DNA of 64,000 nucleotides, from NCBI GenBank assembly GCA_903834845.1, contig CAILKW010000142.1, positions 18-64,017 of the forward strand, given 5' to 3'. Under the pieces are notes generated by a model. The model was not told the DNA's origin and ran no database searches. It saw only the letters and a program-made list of their open reading frames with translations. The DNA comes from an uncultured Bacteroidia bacterium. Its GTDB lineage: Bacteria; Bacteroidota; Bacteroidia; Bacteroidales; Prolixibacteraceae. Positions 37,548 through 47,550 of the stretch are shown here, in pieces (position 1 is the first letter of the stretch; each line of letters starts with the position of its first letter). Made by a program: the position numbers and the translations under genes.

Positions 37548-38155
37548 TAGATAAGAATAAACCATATTCTCAAGATGATTTTTCCTACCATAACTTTATT
37601 CATCTTTCTCCTGATGAAATTGTAATGGTGCTAAATTGGCGAAACCATCCATCGGTAAGAAAATGGATGTTGAATACTAATATAATTGAAATAGAAAATC
37701 ATTTAAATTTTATTAATTCCTTAAAAGACCGGGAAGATTGTTATTACTGGTTGGTATATAGAAATTCTGAGGCTGTTGGAGTTGTTTCTGTAACGAATAT
37801 TGATAATGAAAACCTTTCATGTGAGTCTGGCTTTTATTTAAATCCTGAAAGAATTAACCAAGGCGATGGATTCGATTTTACGCTAAGTTTTCAAAAACTA
37901 ATATTCATGGAATTTAAGTTTGAGCATCTGGTCGGGATAATATTGAAGACTAATAAGTATGCCATTATAAATGCTCTATTTTTCGGCGCAAAAATAATAA
38001 AAGAGGTTCTAATTGCTGACATGGAATACTATATAACATATGTTTCAAAAAAAGATTTCTGCTCAAATTTGGATATTAAAGCCGACAAAAAGCAATTTGC
38101 ACAATTTGTCTATTCGATTAAGAAGGGTTCTATTTCAATAAAAACAAACGATTGA
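37538..38155 (+). CDS. pseH: GNAT N-acetyltransferase, PseH-like
   Basis: LSPDEIVMVLNWRNHPSVRKWM..IENHLNFI is the PseH-type pattern. Sits after pseG. Confidence 0.65.
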   Translation: MYIIDKNKPYSQDDFSYHNFIHLSPDEIVMVLNWRNHPSVRKWMLNTNIIEIENHLNFINSLKDREDCYYWLVYRNSEAVGVVSVTNIDNENLSCESGFYLNPERINQGDGFDFTLSFQKLIFMEFKFEHLVGIILKTNKYAIINALFFGAKIIKEVLIADMEYYITYVSKKDFCSNLDIKADKKQFAQFVYSIKKGSISIKTND

Positions 38156-39678
38156 TCATGCAAATTAATATCCTTGAATATTTTGAAAAAACGGTAATTA
38201 CCGTTCCCACTAAAACAGCCGTAATCGATGGAGAACTAAAAATCTCCTTTAACGAATTAAGTCGTAAAGCAAAATCTTTAGCGTCAGAATTGTGTGGGTT
38301 TAATTGTCTTAATAAACCCATCGCCGTATTCCTGCCAAAATCAATCGAAAGCATTATTGCTGATATAGCTATTACATATAGCGGTAATGCATACATGAAC
38401 CTTGACATTAAGACACCACCTGCCAGAATAGGAAATATTTTGGAATTGATTAAACCTGAAGCCGTCATAACCAATAGAAAACTTGCTGTTTTTATTAGTG
38501 AAATAAATCCAAGTTTGCCTTTGGTTTTAATTGATGAATTGGATTTTTCAGATATTGCCCCAAAAGAATTTTTCTTTGAAAGGCTTAAAAGTATAATTGA
38601 TACCGATCCTCTGTGCATTATAAATACTTCGGGTTCAACCGGTACTCCTAAAGGTGTTGTTTTAAATCATAAAAGTTTCATTGATTTTACTGAATGGGCA
38701 ATCGATACACTTAAAATAACAAACAATGAAATAATTGGGTCATTGTCACCTTTGGTTTTCGATATTTACAGTTTTGAGCTTTGCATGTTAATGGCAAAAG
38801 GAAGTACGATTGATTTACTGCCGGATTCACTAGCACCTTTTCCTGCTAAGATCCTAAGTTTGATGCAGGAAAACAAAGTGACCTTTCTATTTTGGGTGCC
38901 AACAATTATGGTGAATATTGCCAACATGGATTTATTAAGTAAAATAGCTTTGCCTGATTTAAGAACAGTTTGGTTTGCCGGTGAAGTGTTTCCAACTAAG
39001 CAGTTCAATTATTGGAGGAAGCAATTATCAGAAGTAAAATTTGTAAACCTATATGGACCAATTGAAATCACATTGGATTGCACCTATTTTATCGCTGAAA
39101 GAGAAATAAAAGATGACGAACCAATTCCTATTGGTTTCCCTTGCCGGAATACAGATATTTTGATTTTAAATGACAAAGATGAACGAGCGTCAACAAATGA
39201 GGAAGGCGAACTTTGTGTGCGCGGCACCTCGCTTGCCATGGGGTACTACAACAATCCTGAAAAGACGGCTGCTTCTTTTGTTCAAAATCCTTTGAATACC
39301 TCTTATCCCGAAATAATTTATCGAACCGGTGATATTGTCTATACAAACCAAAGAGGAGAAATATTTTTTAAAGGTAGGAAAGACAGCCTGATTAAGCATT
39401 TGGGATATCGTATTGAACTTGGTGAAATCGAACATGTTATTATCAATACACTAAAATTGGTAGAGAATGGTTGTATTGTTTACAACCACAATAAAAAAGA
39501 GATAACCTTGTTTTACGAGAGCCAAAGCAATATTGCAATTGCTGAAATGAAAAAAGCAATAGCTGAAGTATTTCCCAAGTATATGATTCCAACCGTATTT
39601 CATCAAATGGAAGTTCTTCCTAGAAATATTAATGGAAAGATAGACAGGTTGAAATTAAGCAAAAATGTCAATTCTTAA
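38152..39678 (+). CDS. Stand-alone adenylation enzyme (DltA/AMP-ligase type) loading a carrier protein
   Basis: A3 core NTSGSTGTPKGV, A8 FKGRKDSLIKHLGYRIELGEIE and A10 NGKIDR. 508 aa. Confidence 0.85.
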   Translation: MIMQINILEYFEKTVITVPTKTAVIDGELKISFNELSRKAKSLASELCGFNCLNKPIAVFLPKSIESIIADIAITYSGNAYMNLDIKTPPARIGNILELIKPEAVITNRKLAVFISEINPSLPLVLIDELDFSDIAPKEFFFERLKSIIDTDPLCIINTSGSTGTPKGVVLNHKSFIDFTEWAIDTLKITNNEIIGSLSPLVFDIYSFELCMLMAKGSTIDLLPDSLAPFPAKILSLMQENKVTFLFWVPTIMVNIANMDLLSKIALPDLRTVWFAGEVFPTKQFNYWRKQLSEVKFVNLYGPIEITLDCTYFIAEREIKDDEPIPIGFPCRNTDILILNDKDERASTNEEGELCVRGTSLAMGYYNNPEKTAASFVQNPLNTSYPEIIYRTGDIVYTNQRGEIFFKGRKDSLIKHLGYRIELGEIEHVIINTLKLVENGCIVYNHNKKEITLFYESQSNIAIAEMKKAIAEVFPKYMIPTVFHQMEVLPRNINGKIDRLKLSKNVNS

Positions 39679-39682
39679 TCTT

Positions 39683-40555
39683 ATGAAAATCGTTTTTTTT
39701 GGAGAAGATTCATTTAGTAATGTAGTGCTACAGTCATTAATTGGGGCAGGACATAATATACTGCTTGTTGTTAGCCCTTATTATCAAAATCTTATTCATA
39801 AACGACTTGAAAACACTTGTATAAGTAACAACATCGTATATATGAGGGTCCCCGATATAAAAGACCTAGGTTTTATTCAAAAATTGGGAGCCTCGACCGC
39901 TGATATGTTTGTAGTATCTCATTTCGAAAAATTATTAAAAAAAGAAATTATCGAAATTCCCAAAGCCGGTTGCATAAATTTGCATCCTTCTTTATTGCCA
40001 TATTATAGAGGAATGTCTCCACAACATTGGCCCATCATCAATGGAGATAGTGAAACAGGTATTACTGTACACTATATCGATGAAACTGCGGATACAGGCG
40101 ATATAATATTGCAGCGAAAAATTGAGATAAGACCAAACATGTATGTATCTGACTTACAGTTAGAATTCATAAATATTTACAAATCAATAGTCGTTGAATC
40201 AATTCAATTAACACAAAATAGTCAATTTATTCCTTTTAAGCAATCTGCACTTGAAGGAAGCTATTACGGTAAACTTAAAAGAAATCAATGCCAAATTTCT
40301 TTGGAAAAAACTCAAATGCAAACAATGAATCTGATCAGGGCTGTTTCAAAACCCTACTTTGGCGCTTTTTTTGATAATATAATTATTTGGAAAGCACATC
40401 CTGCCAACCAGATTGAAAATCAGATAACTTCGGATTTTAGCGGTTTAGGATTACACTATTCGGATAAATTAGGTTTATTTTTAAAATTGTTCGATGGAGA
40501 CATAATCATTGAAAAACACGAAAAAACAAACAATAATGAAACAACAAATAATTAA
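39683..40555 (+). CDS. Formyltransferase (Fmt/ArnA-N-like), candidate sugar N-formyltransferase
   Basis: MKIVFFGEDSF.. and NLHPSLLPYYRGMSPQHW (SLLPxxRG motif), plus an Fmt-like C-terminal domain. Confidence 0.75.
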   Translation: MKIVFFGEDSFSNVVLQSLIGAGHNILLVVSPYYQNLIHKRLENTCISNNIVYMRVPDIKDLGFIQKLGASTADMFVVSHFEKLLKKEIIEIPKAGCINLHPSLLPYYRGMSPQHWPIINGDSETGITVHYIDETADTGDIILQRKIEIRPNMYVSDLQLEFINIYKSIVVESIQLTQNSQFIPFKQSALEGSYYGKLKRNQCQISLEKTQMQTMNLIRAVSKPYFGAFFDNIIIWKAHPANQIENQITSDFSGLGLHYSDKLGLFLKLFDGDIIIEKHEKTNNNETTNN

Positions 40556-40769
40556 TATTCTTCAAGAGATTCGTCCAGAATTTGATTTTACACAAGATAT
40601 AAATTTCATTGAAGAAGGAATGCTTGATTCCTTTGATGTCGTAAGTTTAGTTACAACATTAGATGAAAATTATGGTATATCGATTGATGGAATGGATATC
40701 CTTCCTGAAAATTTTGCGACAGTTGATTCAATCATAAACCTGTTGATCAAAAACGGTGTAAAACAATGA
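40536..40769 (+). CDS. Acyl/peptidyl carrier protein 1
   Basis: 77 aa with GMLDSFDVVSLV (the DS phosphopantetheine site). Directly after the adenylase and formyltransferase. Confidence 0.75.
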   Translation: MKQQIINILQEIRPEFDFTQDINFIEEGMLDSFDVVSLVTTLDENYGISIDGMDILPENFATVDSIINLLIKNGVKQ

Positions 40770-41830
40770 ACCTAACATTTCGTAACAAGGCAATTACGGG
40801 CATATTGACTGTTTTGCCCGCAAATGAAATTAAGTTTGAGGATGAAATGGATAACTATAATTTCTCTGTTGCCAAATCGCTTAAACTTAAAATGGCTATG
40901 GGCTATAACAAGCACCGCATTGTGGAAGATGGGGTTACCATATCCGATTTATGTGTTTTTGGGCTTAACCATCTTTTCGAAAATGGACTTCTAAAAAAAG
41001 AAGATATTGATGCCGTCATATTGATAACGCAATCTCCTGAATACTTTATGCCACCAACCAGCAATGTTATTCAAGGTAAACTTGGTTTAAAACATGATTT
41101 GATTTGCATGGACATCAATCAGGGTTGTGCGGGCTTCGAAATCGGCCTTTTTCAGGCATTTATGCTCCTTGATCAGGATGAAATCAATAAGGTTGTCTTG
41201 CTAAATGCCGATATACTTAGCCCAAAAGTTTCGAAAAGAGACAGGAACAGTAACCCACTTATTGGAGATGGCGCTTCAATTACAATTGTGGAGAAATCAA
41301 TTAAACCAAATACCGTTTTTGCGAATATCAAAATGGATGGAACTGCTTTTGATGCCCTGATTATTCCAGCGGGCGGTTTTAAAACTCCGTCAACTCCTGA
41401 AACTGCCACAATGGTTGAAGATACAGCAGGAAACTTTAGATCGTTGGACAATCTTGTAATGAAAGGTGATGATGTTTTTAATTTCGTACAACGCGAGGTG
41501 CCTCCAATGATTGAAGATCTACTTTTAAAAGCCGGAGTTGACAAACAGGCAGTTGATTATTATATGTTCCATCAGCCCAATAAATTTATGCTTAATAAGC
41601 TGGCAGATAAATTGGAGTTGCCACGCGAGAAAATGCCCAGCAATATTGTGGAAAATTTCGGCAATGCCAGCGGAGTTTCTATTCCAACTGCAATAACATT
41701 TAATCTCGGTGAACGATTAACAAAAGAATCTTTTTTAATTTGCCTGGCAGGCTTTGGAGTTGGGTTGACTTGGGCTTCATTATTGCTCACTCTTGAAAAT
41801 CTAAATTTCTCAAAACAAATAGATTATTAA
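40766..41830 (+). CDS. 3-oxoacyl-ACP synthase III (FabH-like)
   Basis: DINQGCAGFEIGL (active-site Cys context), FHQPN and NFGNASGVSIP (His/Asn triad contexts). 354 aa. Confidence 0.8.
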   Translation: MNLTFRNKAITGILTVLPANEIKFEDEMDNYNFSVAKSLKLKMAMGYNKHRIVEDGVTISDLCVFGLNHLFENGLLKKEDIDAVILITQSPEYFMPPTSNVIQGKLGLKHDLICMDINQGCAGFEIGLFQAFMLLDQDEINKVVLLNADILSPKVSKRDRNSNPLIGDGASITIVEKSIKPNTVFANIKMDGTAFDALIIPAGGFKTPSTPETATMVEDTAGNFRSLDNLVMKGDDVFNFVQREVPPMIEDLLLKAGVDKQAVDYYMFHQPNKFMLNKLADKLELPREKMPSNIVENFGNASGVSIPTAITFNLGERLTKESFLICLAGFGVGLTWASLLLTLENLNFSKQIDY

Positions 41831-41846
41831 TTAAAAAACATTATTA

Positions 41847-42065
41847 ATGGAAAAACTAATTGAAAAACTAGAAGTAATACTGGAAGTTCAAAATATTGAT
41901 CTATCAAAGAAATTTGAAGAATTTGAAGAATGGGATTCATTGACAAGTCTGTCAATTATTGCTATGTTAGATTCAGATTATAAATTGACAACGAATCACA
42001 AACAATTAACTGACTTTTTAACAGTGGGTGACTTTTGTTCTTTTGTACTTCAGAATGAAAACTAA
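41847..42065 (+). CDS. Acyl carrier protein 2
   Basis: 72 aa with EEWDSLTSLSII (DSL Ser site). Confidence 0.7.
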   Translation: MEKLIEKLEVILEVQNIDLSKKFEEFEEWDSLTSLSIIAMLDSDYKLTTNHKQLTDFLTVGDFCSFVLQNEN

Positions 42066-42789
42066 ATATACCCTGGTTTCTGCTTCAACATCAGCCATTG
42101 GTGAAGCAATTGTCAGTAAACTATCTCCCTTGGGCAATATTATTCTACATGGCAGAAATCAGGAAGAGTTGGAAAGAATTGCACGCTCAATTAACTCTTC
42201 TAAAACATTGATTTGGAACTTTGACCTATTAAATGTTGAAGAAATAGGTAACAATCTAACATCCTTTTTAAACAAGAATGAAATTATCATCGAGCAATTT
42301 GTTCACTGTGCCGGAACAATTAAAATATTACCGGTAAAACACTTTCGACTTGACTTTGCCCGCGAGATATTTAATGTAAATTTTTTTAGTGCACTTGAAA
42401 TTATCAAAGTGTTACTGTTAAAAGTAAACGAAAAAGGATTATCAAATATTGTTTATATTTCAGCAATGTTCAGCAAATTCGGTGATAAAGGAAATTCAGT
42501 TTATGCAGCAAGCAAAGGTGCAATTGATTCTTTTGTGAAGTCCTTAGCAGTGGAACTTGCTCCGAAGGTTAGGGTTAATTCGGTATTACCAGGAGGTTTG
42601 AGAACACGTATGACCAATCATTTATTTGAAGATACGGAATATATGGAAAAATATCACAATAAGTATCTGCTCGGAGAAGGTATTCCTGACGATATTGCAT
42701 CAATGGTTCGCTTCTTATTGTCAAATGAATCTAAATGGATAACCGGGCAAAATTATATGGTTGATGGAGGTTGTTCTATCCACTTATAA
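42055..42789 (+). CDS. Short-chain dehydrogenase/reductase (FabG-like ketoreductase)
   Basis: LVSASTSAIGEAI and YAASKGAIDSF (YxxxK). Start at ATG 42055. Confidence 0.8.
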   Translation: MKTKYTLVSASTSAIGEAIVSKLSPLGNIILHGRNQEELERIARSINSSKTLIWNFDLLNVEEIGNNLTSFLNKNEIIIEQFVHCAGTIKILPVKHFRLDFAREIFNVNFFSALEIIKVLLLKVNEKGLSNIVYISAMFSKFGDKGNSVYAASKGAIDSFVKSLAVELAPKVRVNSVLPGGLRTRMTNHLFEDTEYMEKYHNKYLLGEGIPDDIASMVRFLLSNESKWITGQNYMVDGGCSIHL

Positions 42790-42798
42790 AACAAAAAA

Positions 42799-43647
42799 AT
42801 GAAAGAAGTATTACTTTTTACCGGACAACTTGGTTCAGTTACAAACATTAACCTGTTGGATGCGCTGAATACAATTGGTGCTCAAAATGCTGATATCCTT
42901 TATATTCATACAGCATTAAACTTCGGAATTCCTAATAATTTAATCCCTAAAAAGGAACTTCTCTTTGAATTATTAGAAACAATTAAGAAATTAAATGTTT
43001 CAACTTTGATTTTTCCATCCTATACATTCAGCTTTTGCAATGGGTTAAGTTATAATGTACAGGAATCAAAGACCTCGATGGGTTTGTTGAATAATTATGT
43101 TTTATCGCAAGAAGGTGCAGTTCGTTCATGTGATCCTTTGATGTCGAATGTTTTACTCGGTGAACATAAAGAGTTTATAACAGATATTGGTAAAAGTTCA
43201 ATTGGAGAGGATTCTACTTTTGACTTACTCCATAAAACTCAACTTAAAGTCAAATTCTTATTCCTTGGTCCATCTGTAGGGGATTGTTATACATATATGC
43301 ATTTTATTGAGGAGCGGGTTAATGCACCTTATAGGTATAAAAGAAACTTTACAGGTTTAATTACCAATAATAGTGATACTTATGAGGATACTTACGAACT
43401 TTTCGTGCGTTATAATAACGTTCTGCCAGGAACTGGGTCATACATTTACGAAAATATACTTATAGAACGAGAAGAAGCAAAACGGATTAAGATTGGCAAT
43501 GGAACAATTACTATAACTGATGAAAAGTCATCTTTTAACACATACGTGGAACTAATTTCGCGTTATCCAAATTTCTTTCTGAAAGAACCCTTTTCAAGTC
43601 ATGAAAGATCTGAAGAATTCAATGTTAAGAATATGATTGCGCTCTGA
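42799..43647 (+). CDS. AAC(3)-family (Antibiotic_NAT-like) N-acyltransferase
   Basis: LLDALNTIGAQNADILYIHTALNFGIP...STLIFPSYTFSF matches the AAC(3)-fold N-terminal pattern, from memory. Confidence 0.55.
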   Translation: MKEVLLFTGQLGSVTNINLLDALNTIGAQNADILYIHTALNFGIPNNLIPKKELLFELLETIKKLNVSTLIFPSYTFSFCNGLSYNVQESKTSMGLLNNYVLSQEGAVRSCDPLMSNVLLGEHKEFITDIGKSSIGEDSTFDLLHKTQLKVKFLFLGPSVGDCYTYMHFIEERVNAPYRYKRNFTGLITNNSDTYEDTYELFVRYNNVLPGTGSYIYENILIEREEAKRIKIGNGTITITDEKSSFNTYVELISRYPNFFLKEPFSSHERSEEFNVKNMIAL

Positions 43648-43659
43648 GTTTCATTTTGA

Positions 43660-44280
43660 ATGATAGAAATTACTGCTTTTCGCAATTCTCCAGTAAATTC
43701 AAACTGCTTTGTAGTTCAATCAACCAATACCAATAAATGTATTATAATTGATCCAGGCAGCGAGGATTCTTCTATTATAATAAATTTTATTACAAATAAA
43801 GCCCTAACTCCGGATTACATTGTTTTAACGCACGAACATTTTGATCACATTTGGGGCATCAATCATCTTAAAAAGGAATATCCGATTCAGGTTATTTGTT
43901 CAATCGAGTGTGCAAAAAACATTGCTGATCCCAAAAAAAACATGTCAATTTTTTATGATCAGGTCGGATTTAATGTTCAACCTGCAGATATAATCTTAAA
44001 AGAAAGCCATAATTGTTTTTTCTGGAATAACACAGAACTAAACTTCTTTTCTACACCAGGTCATACAAAAGGTAGTATTTGTCTATATTTTAAAAATTAT
44101 TTGTTTACAGGTGACACCTTGATAAAGGGTCTAAAAACCGTCACAAAACTACCTGGTGGAAGTATTACTGAACTCAATAAATCACTTAATTTTATCTCAA
44201 AAACTTTCAAATTGAGTAATCCAATGGTCTATCCTGGTCACAACGATTGCTTTTTTTTAAACGATTATCGATTTTTTTAA
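43660..44280 (+). CDS. Metallo-beta-lactamase-fold hydrolase (candidate thioesterase)
   Basis: LTHEHFDHIWG (HxHxDH), TPGHTKGS and a later GD and H. Confidence 0.8.
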   Translation: MIEITAFRNSPVNSNCFVVQSTNTNKCIIIDPGSEDSSIIINFITNKALTPDYIVLTHEHFDHIWGINHLKKEYPIQVICSIECAKNIADPKKNMSIFYDQVGFNVQPADIILKESHNCFFWNNTELNFFSTPGHTKGSICLYFKNYLFTGDTLIKGLKTVTKLPGGSITELNKSLNFISKTFKLSNPMVYPGHNDCFFLNDYRFF

Positions 44281-44338
44281 GCTTGAGATATTGATTCAGA
44301 ATATTTATTTATTAAAAATCATCAGTTAAAATATTTTC

Positions 44339-45352
44339 ATGAATAAAATCCTAATTGTTGCTGAACTTTCAGCCAACCATAATGGCAAAAAAGAAATTGC
44401 AATTGAAACCATTAAAGCCGCGAAGCGAGCCGGTGCTGATGCGATAAAACTGCAAACTTACACTGCTGATACGATAACGATAGATTGTCGCAATAAAGAT
44501 TTTTATATTCCATCTGGATTATGGGGTGGCAGATACCTTTATGATTTATATAAAGAAGCTTATACTCCTTGGGAATGGCATAAAGAGCTTTTTGAAGCTG
44601 CACGCAAGGAAGGGCTGATTTGTTTTTCATCTCCATTTGATAAAACAGCAGTTGATTTACTTGAGTCATTAAATAATCCTATTTATAAAATTGCGTCTTT
44701 TGAAATAACCGACATTCCGTTGATTGATTATGCGGCTAAAAAAATGAAACCCATGATAATTTCAACAGGTATTGCATCAATTGAAGATATTCAACTTGCC
44801 ATTGATACCTGTCGAATTGCTGGAAATTATGATATTACGTTATTAAAATGTACATCAGCGTATCCAGCTGCCTTAGAGGATGCCAATTTAGCAATGATAA
44901 AGGACATGGCTGAACAGTTTAATGTTAAGGTTGGCCTTTCTGATCACACAATGGGATCTACCGTTCCAATAACTTCAATTGCTATGGGTGCAACAGTTAT
45001 TGAAAAACATTTCATCATTGATAGAAGCATTGGAGGCCCTGATGCTTCGTTCTCAATGAATGAAGTAGAATTTACCGAAATGGTAAAAGCTATTCGTGAA
45101 GCAGAGGCAGCAATCGGAAAAATTGATTACACCCTTACTGATAAAATGCTCAAAGGTAGAGAATCAGCGCGATCGCTATATGTAGTGGAGGATATTAAAG
45201 CAGGTGAAGTTATATCCGAAAAGAATATTCGGAGTATAAGACCTGGATTTGGAATGCATCCGAAGTTTTATCATGAGGTGTTAGGGAAAACTTTGAAATA
45301 TGATATTGAAAAAGGAATTGCATTAACCAGCGAATTAATTGAAGATTTATAG
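44339..45352 (+). CDS. pseI: Pseudaminic acid synthase (NeuB family)
   Basis: ILIVAELSANHNG, AIKLQTY, IASFEITD, LSDHT and a C-terminal SAF domain. 337 aa. Confidence 0.85.
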   Translation: MNKILIVAELSANHNGKKEIAIETIKAAKRAGADAIKLQTYTADTITIDCRNKDFYIPSGLWGGRYLYDLYKEAYTPWEWHKELFEAARKEGLICFSSPFDKTAVDLLESLNNPIYKIASFEITDIPLIDYAAKKMKPMIISTGIASIEDIQLAIDTCRIAGNYDITLLKCTSAYPAALEDANLAMIKDMAEQFNVKVGLSDHTMGSTVPITSIAMGATVIEKHFIIDRSIGGPDASFSMNEVEFTEMVKAIREAEAAIGKIDYTLTDKMLKGRESARSLYVVEDIKAGEVISEKNIRSIRPGFGMHPKFYHEVLGKTLKYDIEKGIALTSELIEDL

Positions 45353-45450
45353 GGATTCAATTGAAATTGGGAAAATCAATATGTTTTTATTCAAATTCTT
45401 TGTGAAGCTGTCGGTTTCTTTAATAGTTCCACAAAATAAAAAAATTAACA

Positions 45451-46731
45451 TTGGAAAAAGATACCAATAAAATCATAGCATTCGATAGTTGGACAGGTGG
45501 TTCTAATCATTTCAGACGACTGCTACCCGCTTTAGCAGAACGGAAAATGGAACTTTTATTGGTTCATATAGCTTCATGGGGCAACGAGCCAAACTGTCCC
45601 AAAGAGCAACAAATTGGTGATTTAATTATGCGTGATATTTCGTATTATGGGGGTGATTCCTTTGAACGCGTATTGGATATAGAGCAACCGGATGCAGTGC
45701 TTCTACTTTCAACAGATACTTTTGCTCATCGGGCTTTTATTCGCTATTGCACTCAAAGGTCTATCCCATCTTTAAATCTCTACCATGGTCTGGTCAATGT
45801 TCAGGATACAGAAGATGAATCTGATGGATATTCAACATCACGCAAAGCTTATGTAATATACGTTGTTTCAAAGCTTGGTAAGTTGTTTCGACATACATTC
45901 CCGTGCTACATAAAATCATTAATCAAAACCAATGGCAATCTAAAAGATTGGGTTAGGTTTATTGATGATATTTTTAGTATGGCAAGGGGACTTCCATCAA
46001 AACGTGCCGCCAAGGATACAAAAACTGATAAATGTGCGGTATATGTAAATGCTGATGTTGAACACGCAATGCGTTTCTATGGGTTTATAAAAGAGGATGT
46101 AGTAGTTGTCGGCAATCCTGATTTTTTGCATTTCGGATTGAACCAAGAGATGATCGGTAACTGGGTGATACCTTCAAAAGATATTGACAAAACAATCATG
46201 TATATTGAAACTGGCTATTCCTCTGTTGGCTTGTTTTATTCTGGGACACAGGATTTTTCTGATCATCTGATAACTACTTCATATTCATTATTGCAGCAAG
46301 GATATAGATTGTGCGTTAAGCTTAAACCACATCAAGCTAACATACAATTAATTGAGAAAAATCTTCAAAAATCTGGGATTGAACTAATTACAAATGAGCA
46401 ATTTTTGACCAAATTAATGGATTGTTCTGCTTGTATAGTTGAGGCCAGTACGCTCGCGATGTTGCCAACATTAGTGGGTATGCCTTCACTACTGGCTAAT
46501 TATGGTAAACTAAAAGTATTACCTTTTGGTAAAGTATTAACAAGCTATCCACGAAGTTACATGCTTCGCGAAATTTCAGATGTCGCTAAAATTCTGCTTA
46601 AAGATCAGCAAACTTTCGATAAAGACGAGCTTAAAGCATGGATTGATCTTAATGTGGGGCCGCTTCCTCCTGATAAAATGCCTAACCGAGTGGTAGATAT
46701 TCTTGCAGAAATGATCTCAAAAAAAAACTAA
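45451..46731 (+). CDS. Hypothetical protein, possible GT-B-like transferase for the nonulosonic acid
   Basis: 426 aa soluble protein with no family recognised. Its position immediately after pseI and before the GT4 genes is the only basis for the functional guess. Confidence 0.3.
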   Translation: MEKDTNKIIAFDSWTGGSNHFRRLLPALAERKMELLLVHIASWGNEPNCPKEQQIGDLIMRDISYYGGDSFERVLDIEQPDAVLLLSTDTFAHRAFIRYCTQRSIPSLNLYHGLVNVQDTEDESDGYSTSRKAYVIYVVSKLGKLFRHTFPCYIKSLIKTNGNLKDWVRFIDDIFSMARGLPSKRAAKDTKTDKCAVYVNADVEHAMRFYGFIKEDVVVVGNPDFLHFGLNQEMIGNWVIPSKDIDKTIMYIETGYSSVGLFYSGTQDFSDHLITTSYSLLQQGYRLCVKLKPHQANIQLIEKNLQKSGIELITNEQFLTKLMDCSACIVEASTLAMLPTLVGMPSLLANYGKLKVLPFGKVLTSYPRSYMLREISDVAKILLKDQQTFDKDELKAWIDLNVGPLPPDKMPNRVVDILAEMISKKN

Positions 46732-46754
46732 ACTAAACTAATCTACTTACCATA

Positions 46755-47465
46755 ATGCCTTCTATTTCCCAAATCTGTGTTGAAGGCAATTCTGGTTCTA
46801 CAGGCAGGATTGCTGAAGAGATAGGGATTTTAGCAATACACAAGGGATGGGAAAGCTATATTGCATACGGTAGGTTTACACGACCAAGTAAATCCAAAAC
46901 CATTCGGATTGGATCCGACCGGGAGGTGTTTTATCATGGTTTGGAAACCCGCTTATTTGACAGGCATTGTCTGGGATCAAAAGCAGCTAAAATAAGACTT
47001 GTCAAACAGATTGAATCAATTAAACCTGATATTATCTACCTACACCATCTGCACGGATATTATATTAATATTGAAACATTATTTGCCTATCTCCCAAAAG
47101 CAACTATTCCTGCCGTCTGGACTTTTCACGATTGCTGGTCAATTACGGGTCATTGTGCCCATTTTGATTATTTCGGATGTGACAAATGGAAAACTGAATG
47201 TCATCACTGCCCTCAAACAAAAGAGTATCCTGCAAGCTTATGGATCGACCGGTCAACAAAGAATTATCGCCTGAAGAAAAAACTTTTTACTTCCGTTCAA
47301 AATATGGTTATCGTTACTCCATCCGATTGGTTAGCACACATTGTAAAGGAATCTTTTATGCAAAGTATTCCTGTTCGAACAATTCACAACGGTATCGATA
47401 CATCCGTTTTTAAACCACAAATTAACCATCGGGAAACAAGAGAAAAATACAGAATTATAGGCTAA
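46755..47465 (+). pseudogene. 5' truncated duplicate of the GT4 gene at 48976..50202
   Basis: 236 aa nearly colinear with residues 1-235 of the intact copy (ICVEGNSGSTGRIAEEIG ... FKPQINHRETREKY), then diverging and stopping. The catalytic C-terminal half is missing. Confidence 0.8.
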
Positions 47466-47482
47466 ATTTGTTACAACAAAAT

Positions 47483-47516
47483 ATTAGTGGTTATTAGCGG
47501 TTATTAGTGGTTATTG
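47483..47516. repeat. GGTTATTAG word array
   Basis: ATTAGTGGTTATTAGCGGTTATTAGTGGTTATTG holds three tandem 10-nt words. It sits at the breakpoint of the truncated GT4 copy. Confidence 0.75.
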
Positions 47517-47550
47517 TTTATACTTTTTAGTATTAAATTTAGATTTATCC

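Noticed and set aside
38130-38618. Minus-strand ORFs of 60-162 aa throughout the track (for example 38130..38618, 27955..28404, 41173..41544, 10228..10545)
   Set aside because: Each lies entirely antisense to a well-supported plus-strand gene. They have low-complexity or hydrophobic shadow-frame composition and no recognisable motifs. I treat all of them as non-coding.
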